Assembly: GCA_910592345.1 (NCBI GenBank)
Contig: CAJVPI010000276.1
Span: 1 to 37,059, forward strand
From: Paraglomus brasilianum
Lineage: Eukaryota
Direction of reading: 5' to 3'
Length of the DNA stretch: 37,059 bases
The first letter of the stretch is position 1, and every line of letters begins with the position of its first letter. The notes below the pieces were generated by a model, which saw only the letters and a list, made by a program, of their open reading frames with translations, was not told the origin of the DNA and ran no database searches. A program made the translations under genes and the position numbers. Shown here piece after piece: positions 10,841 through 23,200 of this stretch.

Positions 10841-11900
10841 TAAAGTCGAACTAATTCTCGTTCTCAAATTGATGAGATTTAACCGTTCAGTTCTGCCAGC
10901 CTTCATATTCAGTCGATTGATTCAACCTAAACAAAGAGTATTTCTGTTCGATGTAAAAGATCTACATAGCCGCACTACAAGTATTAAATCAATGGTTCAG
11001 CATTTGGCATGGCGATGTAGGATAGATCTTTCGGTATTCGCGCAGATAGCTGGTGCTGATTCCCATCTCGAGATCATTTTCGGAGCTGGCATATTCACAA
11101 TCTTAATTGTCTCTTGGACTACAGACTAAAATTCACAAATATGTCAATTTTGTAAATGAAAACATGAATCTAATAATCTTCGCATTTAGAACAGACCAGA
11201 ATTGTCAAATTTTTTCTACTGTATACGTTGACATTTAATTAATTTACGCGGACGGAGGATACGTCACTTACAGTTCAACATCTCACTCGGTGAACTTACC
11301 GTGCTCATGGAAAAGCTTCCCAAAACAAGCTTCCCTGCAATTGCGGTTGAATGTCACGTGTTGTGGCTCAGATTCTTGAAGTGGGAAACGTGCCATGACT
11401 TAATGTTTCAGTCCAATCATTTCATGCGCAGCTAGACAGGATAGACGCACTAATCGATTATGTCCAATTTAGAATGATAAAGTCACTGAGCTCTGGCAGT
11501 CTCACTCTTGCAAACCAGAAATGATGAAGACGCATGGTGATACCACAATCTGCCACCTGCCGTAATCAAATGAGAGAAATGGTTATTTTGTTGACAAATG
11601 GTAATTTCGTCCTCCACTGTGCCGTTCAGCAGTATGTCGATCATCATAACACAAAGTAGATTGCCAAGCCCAATAGGGATATCCATATTAATCGACAGAT
11701 TCCCGAATTCATATCTACGATTACTTACTAATCCAAGATGACAAATATCCATCATCGACCGTAATTCAGTATATAACGAAAAGCTTCATCAGCTGGTAGC
11801 AGCACAACTTGCGATTATAACACAATAACAACGATCGATACAACTCTATACAACTCGACAATTTGCACCTTGCACTTGATCAATTTACAAACCATCGAGC

Positions 11901-12585
11901 ATGTCGCAAACAACAAATAACAATCAAACTCAATCGACAGTCCAGAAGACAGAGGAAGAATGGCGTCAAGAATTATCACCAGAGAGGTATCATATTTTGA
12001 GGGAGAAGGGGACGGAAATAGCGGGGACTGGAAAGTATGAGAAGCACAAGGCAACTGGTACGTCTCTAGTCTTGACCAAAGAGGTATTGTTGGAATTGTC
12101 TGATGCTGATACATACTATTATATTCCAAAGGGACGTATTTGTGCGGTGCCTGTGATGCTGAACTGTACAAATCTGAACATAAATTTAGCTCAGGATGTG
12201 GATGGCCTGCATTTTACGATGCTCTTCCAAGTATATATAATCAATTGCCTGTTGTTAGAGCTTTGTATCCATTGACGTGATTCTCACATGTGGACAATAT
12301 TTGTAACATAACCAGATGCCGTCAGTCGTAACGTCGATAAGTCGCATGGTATGAGCAGAACCGAGATCACATGTTCCAATTGCGGTGGTCATCTTGGACA
12401 CGTGTTTCAGGTATAGTTCCCACATTCAAAATCAACCAACGTCCCGTTTATTATTGTGTTTACATAAACGTTCAAAATTGTAGGGTGAAGGATGGAAATT
12501 TACCGCTGCCGATGAGCGTCATTGTGTGAATAGTCTCAGTCTCAAATTTCAAAAGCCGGACGGAACAGTCGATAATTCTGTTTAA
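11901..12585 (+). CDS. msrB: Peptide methionine-R-sulfoxide reductase MsrB (Zn-binding, Cys type), 4 exons
   Basis: Exons 11901-12057, 12132-12230, 12316-12410 and 12484-12585 give [58 protein letters not shown] and [11 protein letters not shown]. Confidence 0.96.
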
Positions 12586-14512
12586 GGATGTCGACAGTTA
12601 GCATGTTCGGATGGCAAGTTCATGTTGAGGGCAAATACTGGAGACTGATTAGTCATAAAAGCTATTGTAACATTGTCTTGATATTTTTAATAAATTTGTG
12701 ATAATCCCATGTAAGCGAAAACAAATCTTAATAGTTCCGACTTGATCAATACACTTTGTACAGCTATATTTTCAACCATGTTGTCATGTTCACAGCCAAA
12801 CTTTACGTCAAGATTGCTCCACATTCGATGTTAGTATTGGGTTTAGTGAGAAGAGGTTCATTGATTGATGATACTTGTTTCATTATCTATTATGTGTGTG
12901 CAACAAATATCTATCCACGATGAATTGGACGTGAATCATGAACAGTAGTTAAACCGGCCAGCAAAGAAGATCTCTAACATAGCGAGTAGAAAATAAGTCA
13001 CGTAACCAGCAACCCTTACATTTTTTGCGTTTTAGACTCCCAGACTTGTATGTTTAATCAATGCTGCCCATATTGTAAAATTAGCTACTGCAGAATTCGC
13101 TTGCCAAGTACACATTATTTACATATTGTTGCAACAATTTGCCTTGTGATATATCTCGCGTTCAAAAATAGTAGACTCTTCGCAATGCCTTTCTCCCTTC
13201 TTTCGACAAAAGATTTTACTCTTCTGTTTTTCTGATCCCGAGTTTGCCATCATGATTTCAAAAACCTTTAACGCTTCGGCGGAATTCTCCATATTGTTAA
13301 CAACAATGTGTTCATTTAATGTTGAGTATAAGTATTAAGCACTAAATCTGGATCAAAAAATTTCGTTATAATAAGTACAACTTGTTATTTTATTTTACAT
13401 ATCTATGCTATGCGAACAAGTATTTTATAATACGAATTAGGAAATTCCAAATGACGTCAACTTTCAAATGCTTTATCCATGAGTTTCATAAGTTGGTCCT
13501 TAAAATGACATTGTGGATTCAGCTAACTTCATATGACCCAATTCGAAGTTACAACAATAAGTGACCGAATTGGCTTTTTATACTGGATCGCATACTTGGG
13601 ATTCCATTTGCCAGTATATTCTTTAACTGTTAATGCGGTAATATACAGCAAAACGAAGGCAGAGCGTATGTCTATGATTATCCTAAGCCAAAAGCTAACG
13701 TTTCGATAAGGAAAAGGTCGTTTGATATAACGCCAATAGCCTGGTGTACGTGGGACCATTAAAAGGGGGTCATTTGTTTAAACAACAAACATGTTGAAAT
13801 CAAGAGCTGTTGTGTAATCAGCAAACTCACAGATGACATCAGGCGAACATGATCTAGCATAGTATGAAACAATGCAAATAAATAAGGGATGAACTCTAAA
13901 AAAAAAAGATCATTTGGGGTGAAAGAAGGTTGAAGCTTTGTTTAAAGTTCACAAAGAAAGCTAAAATAAGGCAAAAAGGAAATGCATCGACTGGAGAATG
14001 TTGAATTTATATAATATAGCTAGTAATACCAATTTTACAACCAGGATGTGGTAAATTCTATAGAACATTGTTCCGCTGGGGTTACAGGGGTTACTCTTAA
14101 TTAGAAAGTTACGCAAGTGTTTATATAATATTTCAGGGGAACAAGTGAATGAACAATATGGACGACGAGAGCATAGAGAATACTTCAAGAATTAAAAAGT
14201 GTAAGAACATCTCATTCACTTAATGTAGTCAACAGGATTGTCCTTGTTACGATGGATAAATCATTTATTTCCTGCGACCAAATTTTGTGTATCATGAGTA
14301 AGATGCAAATCACAAATACGTTCTTTATACGGCATTATTTGTGATAAATTTGGTGTTTCCAAAAACCTCTTTATTATCGAATTAATATTTCACAGGAATC
14401 AATAAGAGACGTCTCTATTAGTAGTAATACATTGGTTCTTTTTTTTTTTTTCAAAAAAAAAAAAAAATTATACGTGTGATAATGTTGTTTGATGCTAAAA
14501 AGAAATTGATGT

Positions 14513-15284
14513 TCAAAAGCTCCAGGCTCCCGCAGCAAAGCAAATCCCCAAAATTAGAATTGAAAACAGGTTAATTCCAATTGATTCCATTCTATGCAAT
14601 GAAAGTGCGGCCGAAGGAGAGCTGCTAGCAGTCGAGCTTGCCGCAGAGTTGGATGCACTCGCAGGTGCTGATGAGCCACCGCCTACGGTACCCGTGGGGG
14701 TAGCAGCAGCTGTTGGATTAGTAGAGGTGAAATAGTTATCATCGATGCATTTCTGTTGGCAAGCTTTGTAGGCGTCAGGGTCCGCTGCAGCTTTAGAAGA
14801 GAGACGAGACGAGTGTTAAGATTAGTGGGTAATATTATATCGTTCGCAAGGCAACTCATGACAACAGTGTTGTTCAAAATGTCGTTATGATGAAATCTTT
14901 ACTTACAACTACTACAACCGATAACGCAAGTATTTGTTGCGTTGGCCTGTGCGTCGCTAGGAGCAGGAACACCGGCGCATTCGGCACGACACTTTTGATC
15001 AGTCCCACAATTCCGTTGTTCGATACATTGAGCAATTGGATCGGCTGTAACGATACAAGATAAGAGACATATTCAGTACTCATTAAAAACTCAATGATAT
15101 CGGCTATCGATCGCCAGTTCTATAAGCTTCTTCCAAGTCACAAGTCACACTACTTACGGGAGCTTGTTGCGGCTGGAGTTGGTGATGATGTTGTTGCTGG
15201 TGTTGCTGTCGTTGTGTCCTGAGCACTGACAGATAGCACAGCAAGTAGAATGACGAGAATCGCTGTGAAGACGGTGTATTTCAT
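14513..15284 (-). CDS. Secreted Ser/Thr/Ala-rich 8-cysteine protein, probably GPI-anchored (3 exons)
   Basis: Signal peptide MKYTVFTAILVILLAVLSVSA/QD. Cys domain QCIEQRNCGTDQKCRAECAGVPAPSDAQANATNTCVIGCSSSAADPDAYKACQQKCIDDNYF, then an S/T/A linker and a hydrophobic tail INLFSILILGICFAAGAWSF*. Splice phases are consistent. The correct frame is not in the ORF track. Confidence 0.88.
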
Positions 15285-17741
15285 GGTTGATGTGGGATGG
15301 GAGGGTGTGGGTTTTTGAAACGAAAAAAATTGGGTTGTATATCGAGCTTGCTTTTATAGGCATTTTGTAGACATCAAAAGCAGTTTAGATGTAACGATGC
15401 ACGTCCTAATGTTTTCAAAGTTGATATATTTGTTTAATACGGAAATCAATATATTATGAGAATCACATTTTGAAATCAGGTGAAATTCAGTGCGCGGAAA
15501 TGGAATTCACCTTTTGAAACAAAAACTGCAGTGTACGACCCTCGATTCGACGTAAAAAAGGGGGGAGTATATACAGTTTCATATATAGCATTTGGTTGTT
15601 ATACTATATCGATACTTCCAAACATCATTGGCGCACCGTAAAATGATACTAATATTGGTTGAAACGCCATCTTTGCCAAGGCCGACAAAACCAACCAGTT
15701 ACAAAAATCAACCTCGTTTGGTTGATATTAATAGTAATACTAAATATAACTCCTAATTTTCTAGAATATACCCACGCAAATTATCTTAACTAATCGGATG
15801 GCGACAACGATGGGAAAGTTATGTCCATAGACTCTCTCACAGATTATGATGTAGATAATCTACTTAAACTTAAAATATATGCATAGTATACACCATACCA
15901 AACTTGTTTAATGTATACCCCACACGAGCGAACATACCAGAACTTGCAAACTCAATTTACATCCCCCTTATTTCAGTGCCGTAACCATGATTTTCTGTGA
16001 TTGCCGTTACTTATTATTATGATACACCCCAGACAGTGGTAGGAACAAGTAGGTGTTTTTGTAGAACTCCTAGTTTTCAGGTTACCTCCCTCCCAATTTT
16101 CCACCCTTCATTACCAATTAAGTAGACAACATGCTCTTGTTGAAATGTTAATACCTTAATTCGTCATCGAATCACCCTTTCCGGTCTTTTGCCTGTTCTA
16201 CGATCGAGCAGTACAATGGATGGTCCTGTTTTAGCCTTCATGTTAAGCACGTTACAGCATTACCGGCATGCGTCTTCAGATTGTCGCTTTCTCAGTCACA
16301 TTTCCTGGCTCGGAAGCCAGAAAAGGCCATGACAAAAAAAATACATTGTTTTGGGTCGGGTTTCGTTTCTTGTTTAGGGCATCAATAGTATAAGTGGTTA
16401 TTTACTCTAAAAGTATAAATTTGCATGATCTCTCTGCCATATTAATGTGCTGTTCAGTCTTTCACATGACGTAACTGTGTTGTTCTTACGCTTTTTGGAC
16501 TGTTTGCATTATGATATATAACCAATCTTATCATATCTGACGCTTATCACTTTTGTGGAGTATCGTGTTTTTAATATTAATATGAACTGTACTTGCATAT
16601 ATTAAATTAATCTACCCAAGTCCACCAATAATAATAAAAAGAGAAATTTAAATAAAAGTACAATGTTACACTTTTTAAAATACAATTATTTAGAGAGCTA
16701 TAGAAGAAACCAAATGAATCTAATTGAAAAAAAAATTAAATATGAGCATTGAATGGTTTTAAGCTAGTTCATTTTAAAGGCATTGTCATTTTTGGTCAAT
16801 ACGTTGGGCATGCTAGTCAAACACGAGTTGAAGAATCAATAATAATATACTCATATTTACCGTATTTATATTAATATGGTATGGTTAAATCAAATCATAC
16901 ACTACTCAGTAAATTCTATTGCGACTGACCATCGAGGTGGAACGTGACTTGTTATCAAATTTTTAATAATTAACGACCAAACAGCTTACTTGGGCAATAG
17001 TCCCGCTCTTACACTCGACAAACCACTCTGATCTTGCCTACGGAGTATTGGTATGTGCTCATCTTGGCACATATTAATATTGGACAATCTTTTATCCTTT
17101 AGAGCGAAATTCTGTGTGCATGTTTAACTCAAGATACTAAAGAATCATACTTTAAAGCCCTCCTCTTTAATTGGCCTTGATATGCAATTGGTCGTTTAAC
17201 GCGAAATTACTCTTACGATATCAAAGGCATACATAAAAACGGATTAAATTCCATGTATATAATTGATAGGTCTGGAACACGTAAACGGGAAATAGTATTT
17301 CGTAATTATGTAATTATATCATTTTCGTTTGACTGCGTGATAACATAGCAGACGCTTACGATGAAATATGAACTTTGTATGCATCGACCTGTGTATTGCT
17401 ATTAACAGGCGACAGACATAGTAATTCACAGCTAAAATACTAATTGTATGTTGTCAAAGTCGCGAAATGCAAAACTAAGGCTCATAGATGATACTTTTGT
17501 TACGCTTATCGTTCGTCGGTCACAAATGCAAGCTAATGACGTGTGGCTAATTCTAATGGCGTCATGAATTGAATTGAGAGTAAGCTTAATGATGCTTGAT
17601 ATTTAGTTGGAACACGCGTGAATTGAAACTATATATGACATCACGTTCACTTTCTCCCATTTTATACAATATAGTATGTAAATAACGTATAGTACATAGC
17701 AAATTTTATTTCGATTGAATCTATAATTCACTATTAAAACA

Positions 17742-19360
17742 TTAACCATTTTTACATGAATCTCCGTCTAAAATGTCATTAATTATGTTCAATTGTTTTT
17801 TTGCGTCTGCGTGATTCGAATCAAACTTTAACAAAATCTCAAAGTCGGAACGTGCATTCTTATGCTGATAGAGTTCCAAATATACAGAACCTCTCTCAAA
17901 TAAAGCATTAACATTATCCGACTCCCGAGCCAAAGCTATATTAAAATCATCTAATGCCTCCGTATATCTACTTGTCTCTTTATAGATACACCCTCTATGG
18001 TAATGTGCTTTAGTCTGATACTCTAGATCATGCAAATCATCCGTCTTCTTTTCTAGTGCCAAATTCAAGTCGCCAAGAGCCTTGTCGTATTCCTTCAATG
18101 ATCTATATATCGCCCCTCTTGCTGCCAGCGGAAACCACTCAGTTGTTGGAACTGATATGGCTTTATTCAGATCGTCCAACGCCTCGGATAATTTTCCCAG
18201 CTCGTGATGCAACTCTCCACGATAACACAATGCCCAGACGTTAGTAGGTTCTAACTCGAGAGATTTTGCAAATTCGACTATTGCCTTGTCATGTTCTTTC
18301 AACTTCCAATACACTTCGGCTCTAATCAAATGGGCAAACGGACTGGCAGGACCAATATCCAGTGCCTTGTTTATATCATCTAACGCCTCGACATACCTTG
18401 CCTGCATTCGGTATACTGCACCACGCACCTCATAAGTGTCCACGTCGTTAGGCCTGAGCTCCAATGCCTGATTCAAGTCTGCAATGGCCTTGTCATAACA
18501 ATACAGCATGCGATAAGTTTCTCCTCTAGCTCTGAGAACAAAAGCATTTTCCGGCTTTATCTGCAATGCCTTGTCAAAATCATCGAGGGCTTCTGTATAT
18601 CGATTGTTTAGTCGATGGACATTGCCGCGATTCTCAAGTGCAAACGCATTCTCCGGATCTATTTTTATAGCTTCGTCGAGATCTGTCATTGCTTCGTCGT
18701 ATTCACCCATCAGTCGATAAACGGATCCTCTTATTCCGAGCGCAAACGAGTTGCTCGGTTCAGAATCCAAGACTTTGCTCAAATCTTCGAGAGCTTTATC
18801 GTATTGCTCTAGTTTCCGATATACTGCGCCCCGAGTCTCTAGAGCACGAGGATTATCTGGACGTATTTGCAGAGCTCTGTTCATGTCTTCCAAAGCTTCG
18901 TGTGGTTTGTGTAGCATTCTGTACACTTCCCCTCGATTAGTGAGCGCAAAGACGCTGTTGGGTTCGAACTGTAATGCGCGATTGAAATCAGCGAGGGCTT
19001 CCTCGTAGCGATCCAACATGCGGTAAACCTCTGCGCGTGTTTGGAGAGCTGCCGCATAGTCTGGCAGTAGTTCGAGAGCTTTATCGAGTGCCTTGAGTGC
19101 TTCGTTGTATTCTCGTTTTAATAAATGTGAATTGCCGTTTTCGGTAAGCGAAAAGGCAGTATCTTCAAGTGTTGGGAGTCGCGGTGGAGCTTTTCCTTTA
19201 CATGGGTTTTTGCATGAGGTCGGTGATCTTGAATTGCTATATACCTTAGTTAACAAAAAGTAGAACAAAATATATAAGGAATTAAAGAATTATTGCCGAG
19301 AAAGCAACAATTGTTGCATCAAATGCACGACGCTACCTTTTCATTCTTATCTTTGAACAT
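17742..19360 (-). CDS. Tetratricopeptide-repeat protein (~13 TPRs)
   Basis: A ~1.5-kb open exon with 34-aa repeats of consensus AFALxxRGxVYRxLxxYxEALxDLNKALELxPxN. The probable short first exon is MFKDKNEK (ATG 19360, donor gtagcg) spliced to VYSNSRSP. The true start is uncertain. Confidence 0.85.
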
Positions 19361-20189
19361 TTTATTGTCGACTCGAGTAAATCCGAATACGTGGGCTGTA
19401 TTAATATGGTTGAGTGGCCACAATAACAAATTGTCAGGGGAGAAATGTCTCTCCCATTGAGGCTAGTGTGTCCCACGTATCAAATCAAATCCTGCAGTTT
19501 CTATGTTGAATTATGTCCTTATTTGACGATAATCAACACGGTTAAAGTTAAAATGAACGATTCCACGGATAATTGAACGCATGCATCCATTCGAACGCCA
19601 AAACTGCAGGCCACCAGTGGCTTAACTGCAGAGATCGGACGGGTTCCGGTGCTTTTCACCATGTTTGAGGGACATGAAGGCATCTTAGAATCAAATAGCT
19701 CATCAAAGGTTGATGCATTCCCAAAATAAAAACTCCTTTGTCTATGCATTTCGCTCTTGCAAAACATTTGTCAATAGTCCATTTGTGAAGAAGAAATTTA
19801 CAGTTACAATACATTGTAAGTATAGCAATGTTGATAATGACAAACGTTTAATGATTACGGGTGGAATCTTATTCGTCTCGTATAAGAAGAGAAACCTACT
19901 GTTGCGATAAGAATTGGCCATCGCAGTATCTTATTATTGTATTGAATTCATTGAACTACATTCCCTGTTCGTTGTCAGGGAAGGCGATTTGATCTGATCA
20001 AGCTTTAACAAAAAAACCAAGCATGTGAAAGCAATTGCCGAGGGCGAAAATTGCTAGCAATTATAGTAATAGTGACAACATTTAGAGTATTGTAGAATAG
20101 AAAAATATGCGTATACAAAATCATTTGGTTAATTGCTTGCAAGTGACTTGTTTTTACGCACGTGATGTACCGATCAGCAGATTTATAAT

Positions 20190-20202
20190 AAAAATTTTTT
20201 GA
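20190..20202. promoter_or_regulatory. RRPE-like AAAAATTTTT element upstream of RRP12 (E-box CACGTG at 20159-20164)
   Basis: AAAAATTTTTTGA lies ~70 bp before ATG 20272. RRPE (AAAAWTTTT) marks ribosome-biogenesis promoters in yeasts, but the AT-rich background makes a chance match possible. Confidence 0.3.
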
Positions 20203-20271
20203 ATTCATGTTCCACGAACCATTTTATTTATTATTTAAAACTACTTCGATCTAGCAATTGAGGGCATTATA

Positions 20272-23200
20272 ATGGAGGGAAAATTCGAAAAGATCCGTAA
20301 TCAGATTAACTCTAAACTGGATAATCAGAAACAGGTCTGTAATCATTGACATTTTGTCGTGTTTAATAGAATTCAATCACTGACGAAAGGCATTTGCACA
20401 GATTGCTCAATTACTGTTGGCCGTTGAACAAGTGAGTACTCAAAACGCCTTATAATCTGATCATTGGGATGATCAGACTCGACTAACAGAACAAACAATG
20501 TCGAATCTTGTAGACAATCAAAGAGCAGAATGTTGCCGCCACAGCGACTGCATATTTTGGCGCACTTGTAAGATCAATCGAACCATGCATCTCTGCTTGA
20601 AATCATGTATTCAGACTTGTTTCCGTTTATTAGATGACAATGCTTGATCAAACGTCACAAAACGAAAAGGCCAAAGAGCTGCGTGGACCAATCTTGTACA
20701 TTTTGAATATGGTATTACCCGAGTACGTATTCCATCATCTGTATTTCCCGTCTTGATAAACTGACTCAGGGGTGATGTTTAACGCAGGCTGCCGCAAGCA
20801 ATATCGCGCAATAAATTTAACGAAATATGGACAATATTATCACAAATCTTGGAAGAAAAGGAGATAGAAGCTGCTATGCTCAGATCAGTTGCAGGATGTC
20901 TGGAAAGTCTCCTCCTCGTCCAAGATGCACAAAAATGGAATGATTCATTAACTAGAAAGGCATTTACATCTTTGTTGCTACTATCTGTGGATCGCAGGCC
21001 CAAGGTTATCTATATAAACAATGCTGCATTGATTAGGCGCAATCAGTGTCTTTTAATTTGATCAATTCTGATGAAATTGTTTTAATTTTAGCCGCGAAAG
21101 AGAGCGCAAGATGCAGTAATCGTTATTCTAAATCATCCTCCAGTATCATCTGTTCTCCATCCAGCCGCTGGAATGGCATCAGAATACTGTTTGAGAATCT
21201 TGAAAAACACTGTAAAGTCAGATAGACAATCGGCGATGCACATACTTTCGCTTATCAAGGCAATCACTGGAAATTGGCCCGCAAGTGTACGTAAGGCTTG
21301 AGCTTCTCTCCACTCGCGGGATATTACTAACTCTGCGTCTTATCATCAGGGTCTTACGATTCTCTGTCAAACACTGTTGAGCCTACCCAAATACAATGAT
21401 GCCTTTCTTACTGTATCAACGTTTGAAGTCTTTGAAGCTCTTTTTAGAAATAATGGTGATGGATTTGCCAACAATGGAATTGAAGATATAATAAAAGTAT
21501 GTCTGCTGTTATTTGTTCTCAGTATTCGCTTTAGAAATCTTACTGTTTGAATTCGTAAAACAGTCATTGGTTAGACTCACACCAAATATCCAAGATGTCC
21601 AAGTAGCTCCTGTATGGTTAGAAGTGGTTTCGAGAGGCTATGTGATATATTCAAAGTAAGTTCAAACAATCATATAGCATCAGGAGGGCGTCATGTATTG
21701 ACTTTTTCACTTTTATTTACTTCAGAGTCGACCCATCATCAAGTGCACAATCCTTCCACGATTTCTTCTTGATACTTTTTACACTTCTCGAATCCGACAA
21801 ACAAGTCATAATAACGGCTGCTTCTCGATGTCTCGCAACACTGACGTCTGAATGCATAACAGACACAATGATTAAAGAGACCTTGTCTAGATGGAACATT
21901 CAACGTGAAAACACTACTTTGGCAAAAACTATCGCAACGGTGGAAGAAGGGTTTTCGATCAAATATCAAGCTGCATGGGGAGGGATTTTGAACATATTGA
22001 AGGTGATGTTTGAACGACTAGGGAAATCATCCAAAGAACTATTGCTGCATTTGTTGGATAGGATCGCCGAGTTGAGAGTCGATTCTGCGCTCGGATTAAA
22101 GGATGTTGCCGACAAGACGCTTGGAGCGGCTATCGCACATGTGGAGCCAGAGCATTTTTTGATGGTGCTTCCTTTGAACTTGGAGAATCCTGGGTAAAGT
22201 TGTTATTTGGGAGTTCGACTTTCTGCCATGCGTTAATGCTGATCGAGTATTGGTATTTATTAAGATCAACGGGAGATGGTCGTGCGTGGCTTTTACCTTT
22301 ACTGAGAGACCATATTCAAAATACCTCTTTGGCTTATTTTATACAAAATTTACTGCCAATGAGCGAAAAACTTGTCCAGAAATCGATTGAATTCCAAAGT
22401 AAAAATCGCATGATTGAGGCAAAGGTTTATGAGACTTTAACACAGCAAGTATGGTCGCTCTTGCCTGGCTTTTGCAATTTGCCGTATGATCTACCACAGG
22501 TAAATATTGCCCATAAATACATTAATATCATCTTTAAAGTCGGATATTGACTTGGTGTGTCGCGTCGTGCGTAAAACAAGGCACTCACGGAAGAAACGGC
22601 GGAAATGTTGAGCACGATGTTGTACAAGCAACCTGAACTGCGATCAACTGTATGTCAAGCACTGAAATTACTAGTCGAGAAGAACAAAAAATTCTTGAAT
22701 TCCGAAGAAGATGACGACAAACTTAGATACAAGTTCAAAATGGACAAGGCGGCCGCGAAAGCGAACATTGAGCTACTGTCAAGATATGCCCCTAATTATC
22801 TCGCAGTATTCTTTAATGTCTTTAGTCAAACATGCCTTGGAAGTCGGGAATATATTCTAGAAGTAACCAATACATATTTGAGCATCACGGGTGCGCAGGT
22901 AAGTATGCTTGAAAATTCAATTTTTATTAAATTCATGTCAATAGCTCAATACTATGTCCATATCTAGGACATTGCCGTTACGTTTCGTAAAATTATTCAA
23001 TTATATATTGAAGCATGCGCAGATCCTGTGCCTCCAGCAAGACCAGACGAGCCACCACCAACAGCCTATGTCATGTTGGACTTGGCTATTACTATGATTG
23101 AATACCTGGATTTGCAAGACATTAAACAATTCTACGACTTGATTTCAAACCGACTTTCTGAAGAGGACCAAACGTTGCAAAAAAAATTATACAAAGCCTT

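Noticed and set aside
10695..11129. 144-aa plus-strand ORF
   Set aside because: It begins inside the MITE at a GTG and has no recognisable motif, so it is probably a chance ORF.
10980..11560. Minus-strand exon-like pieces, e.g. cag|35 nt|gtaagt at 11300-11334
   Set aside because: I could not assemble a consistent ORF longer than ~20 aa; unsupported without RNA data.
12484..12585. Possible selenocysteine MsrB, since some early-diverging fungi have selenoproteins
   Set aside because: The catalytic residue is TGT (RHCVNS) and there is no in-frame TGA in any exon.
13050..14300. Several 60-76 aa ORFs that might be a decayed gene
   Set aside because: No recognisable motifs and no coherent splice chain.
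16305..16320. Small hairpin CTGGCT-CGGA-AGCCAG
   Set aside because: A 6-bp stem alone is not evidence for an ncRNA, and there are no tRNA, snRNA or snoRNA boxes nearby.
19519..19767. 82-aa minus-strand ORF as an N-terminal domain of the TPR protein
   Set aside because: No domain signature and no convincing in-phase splice link; left unresolved.
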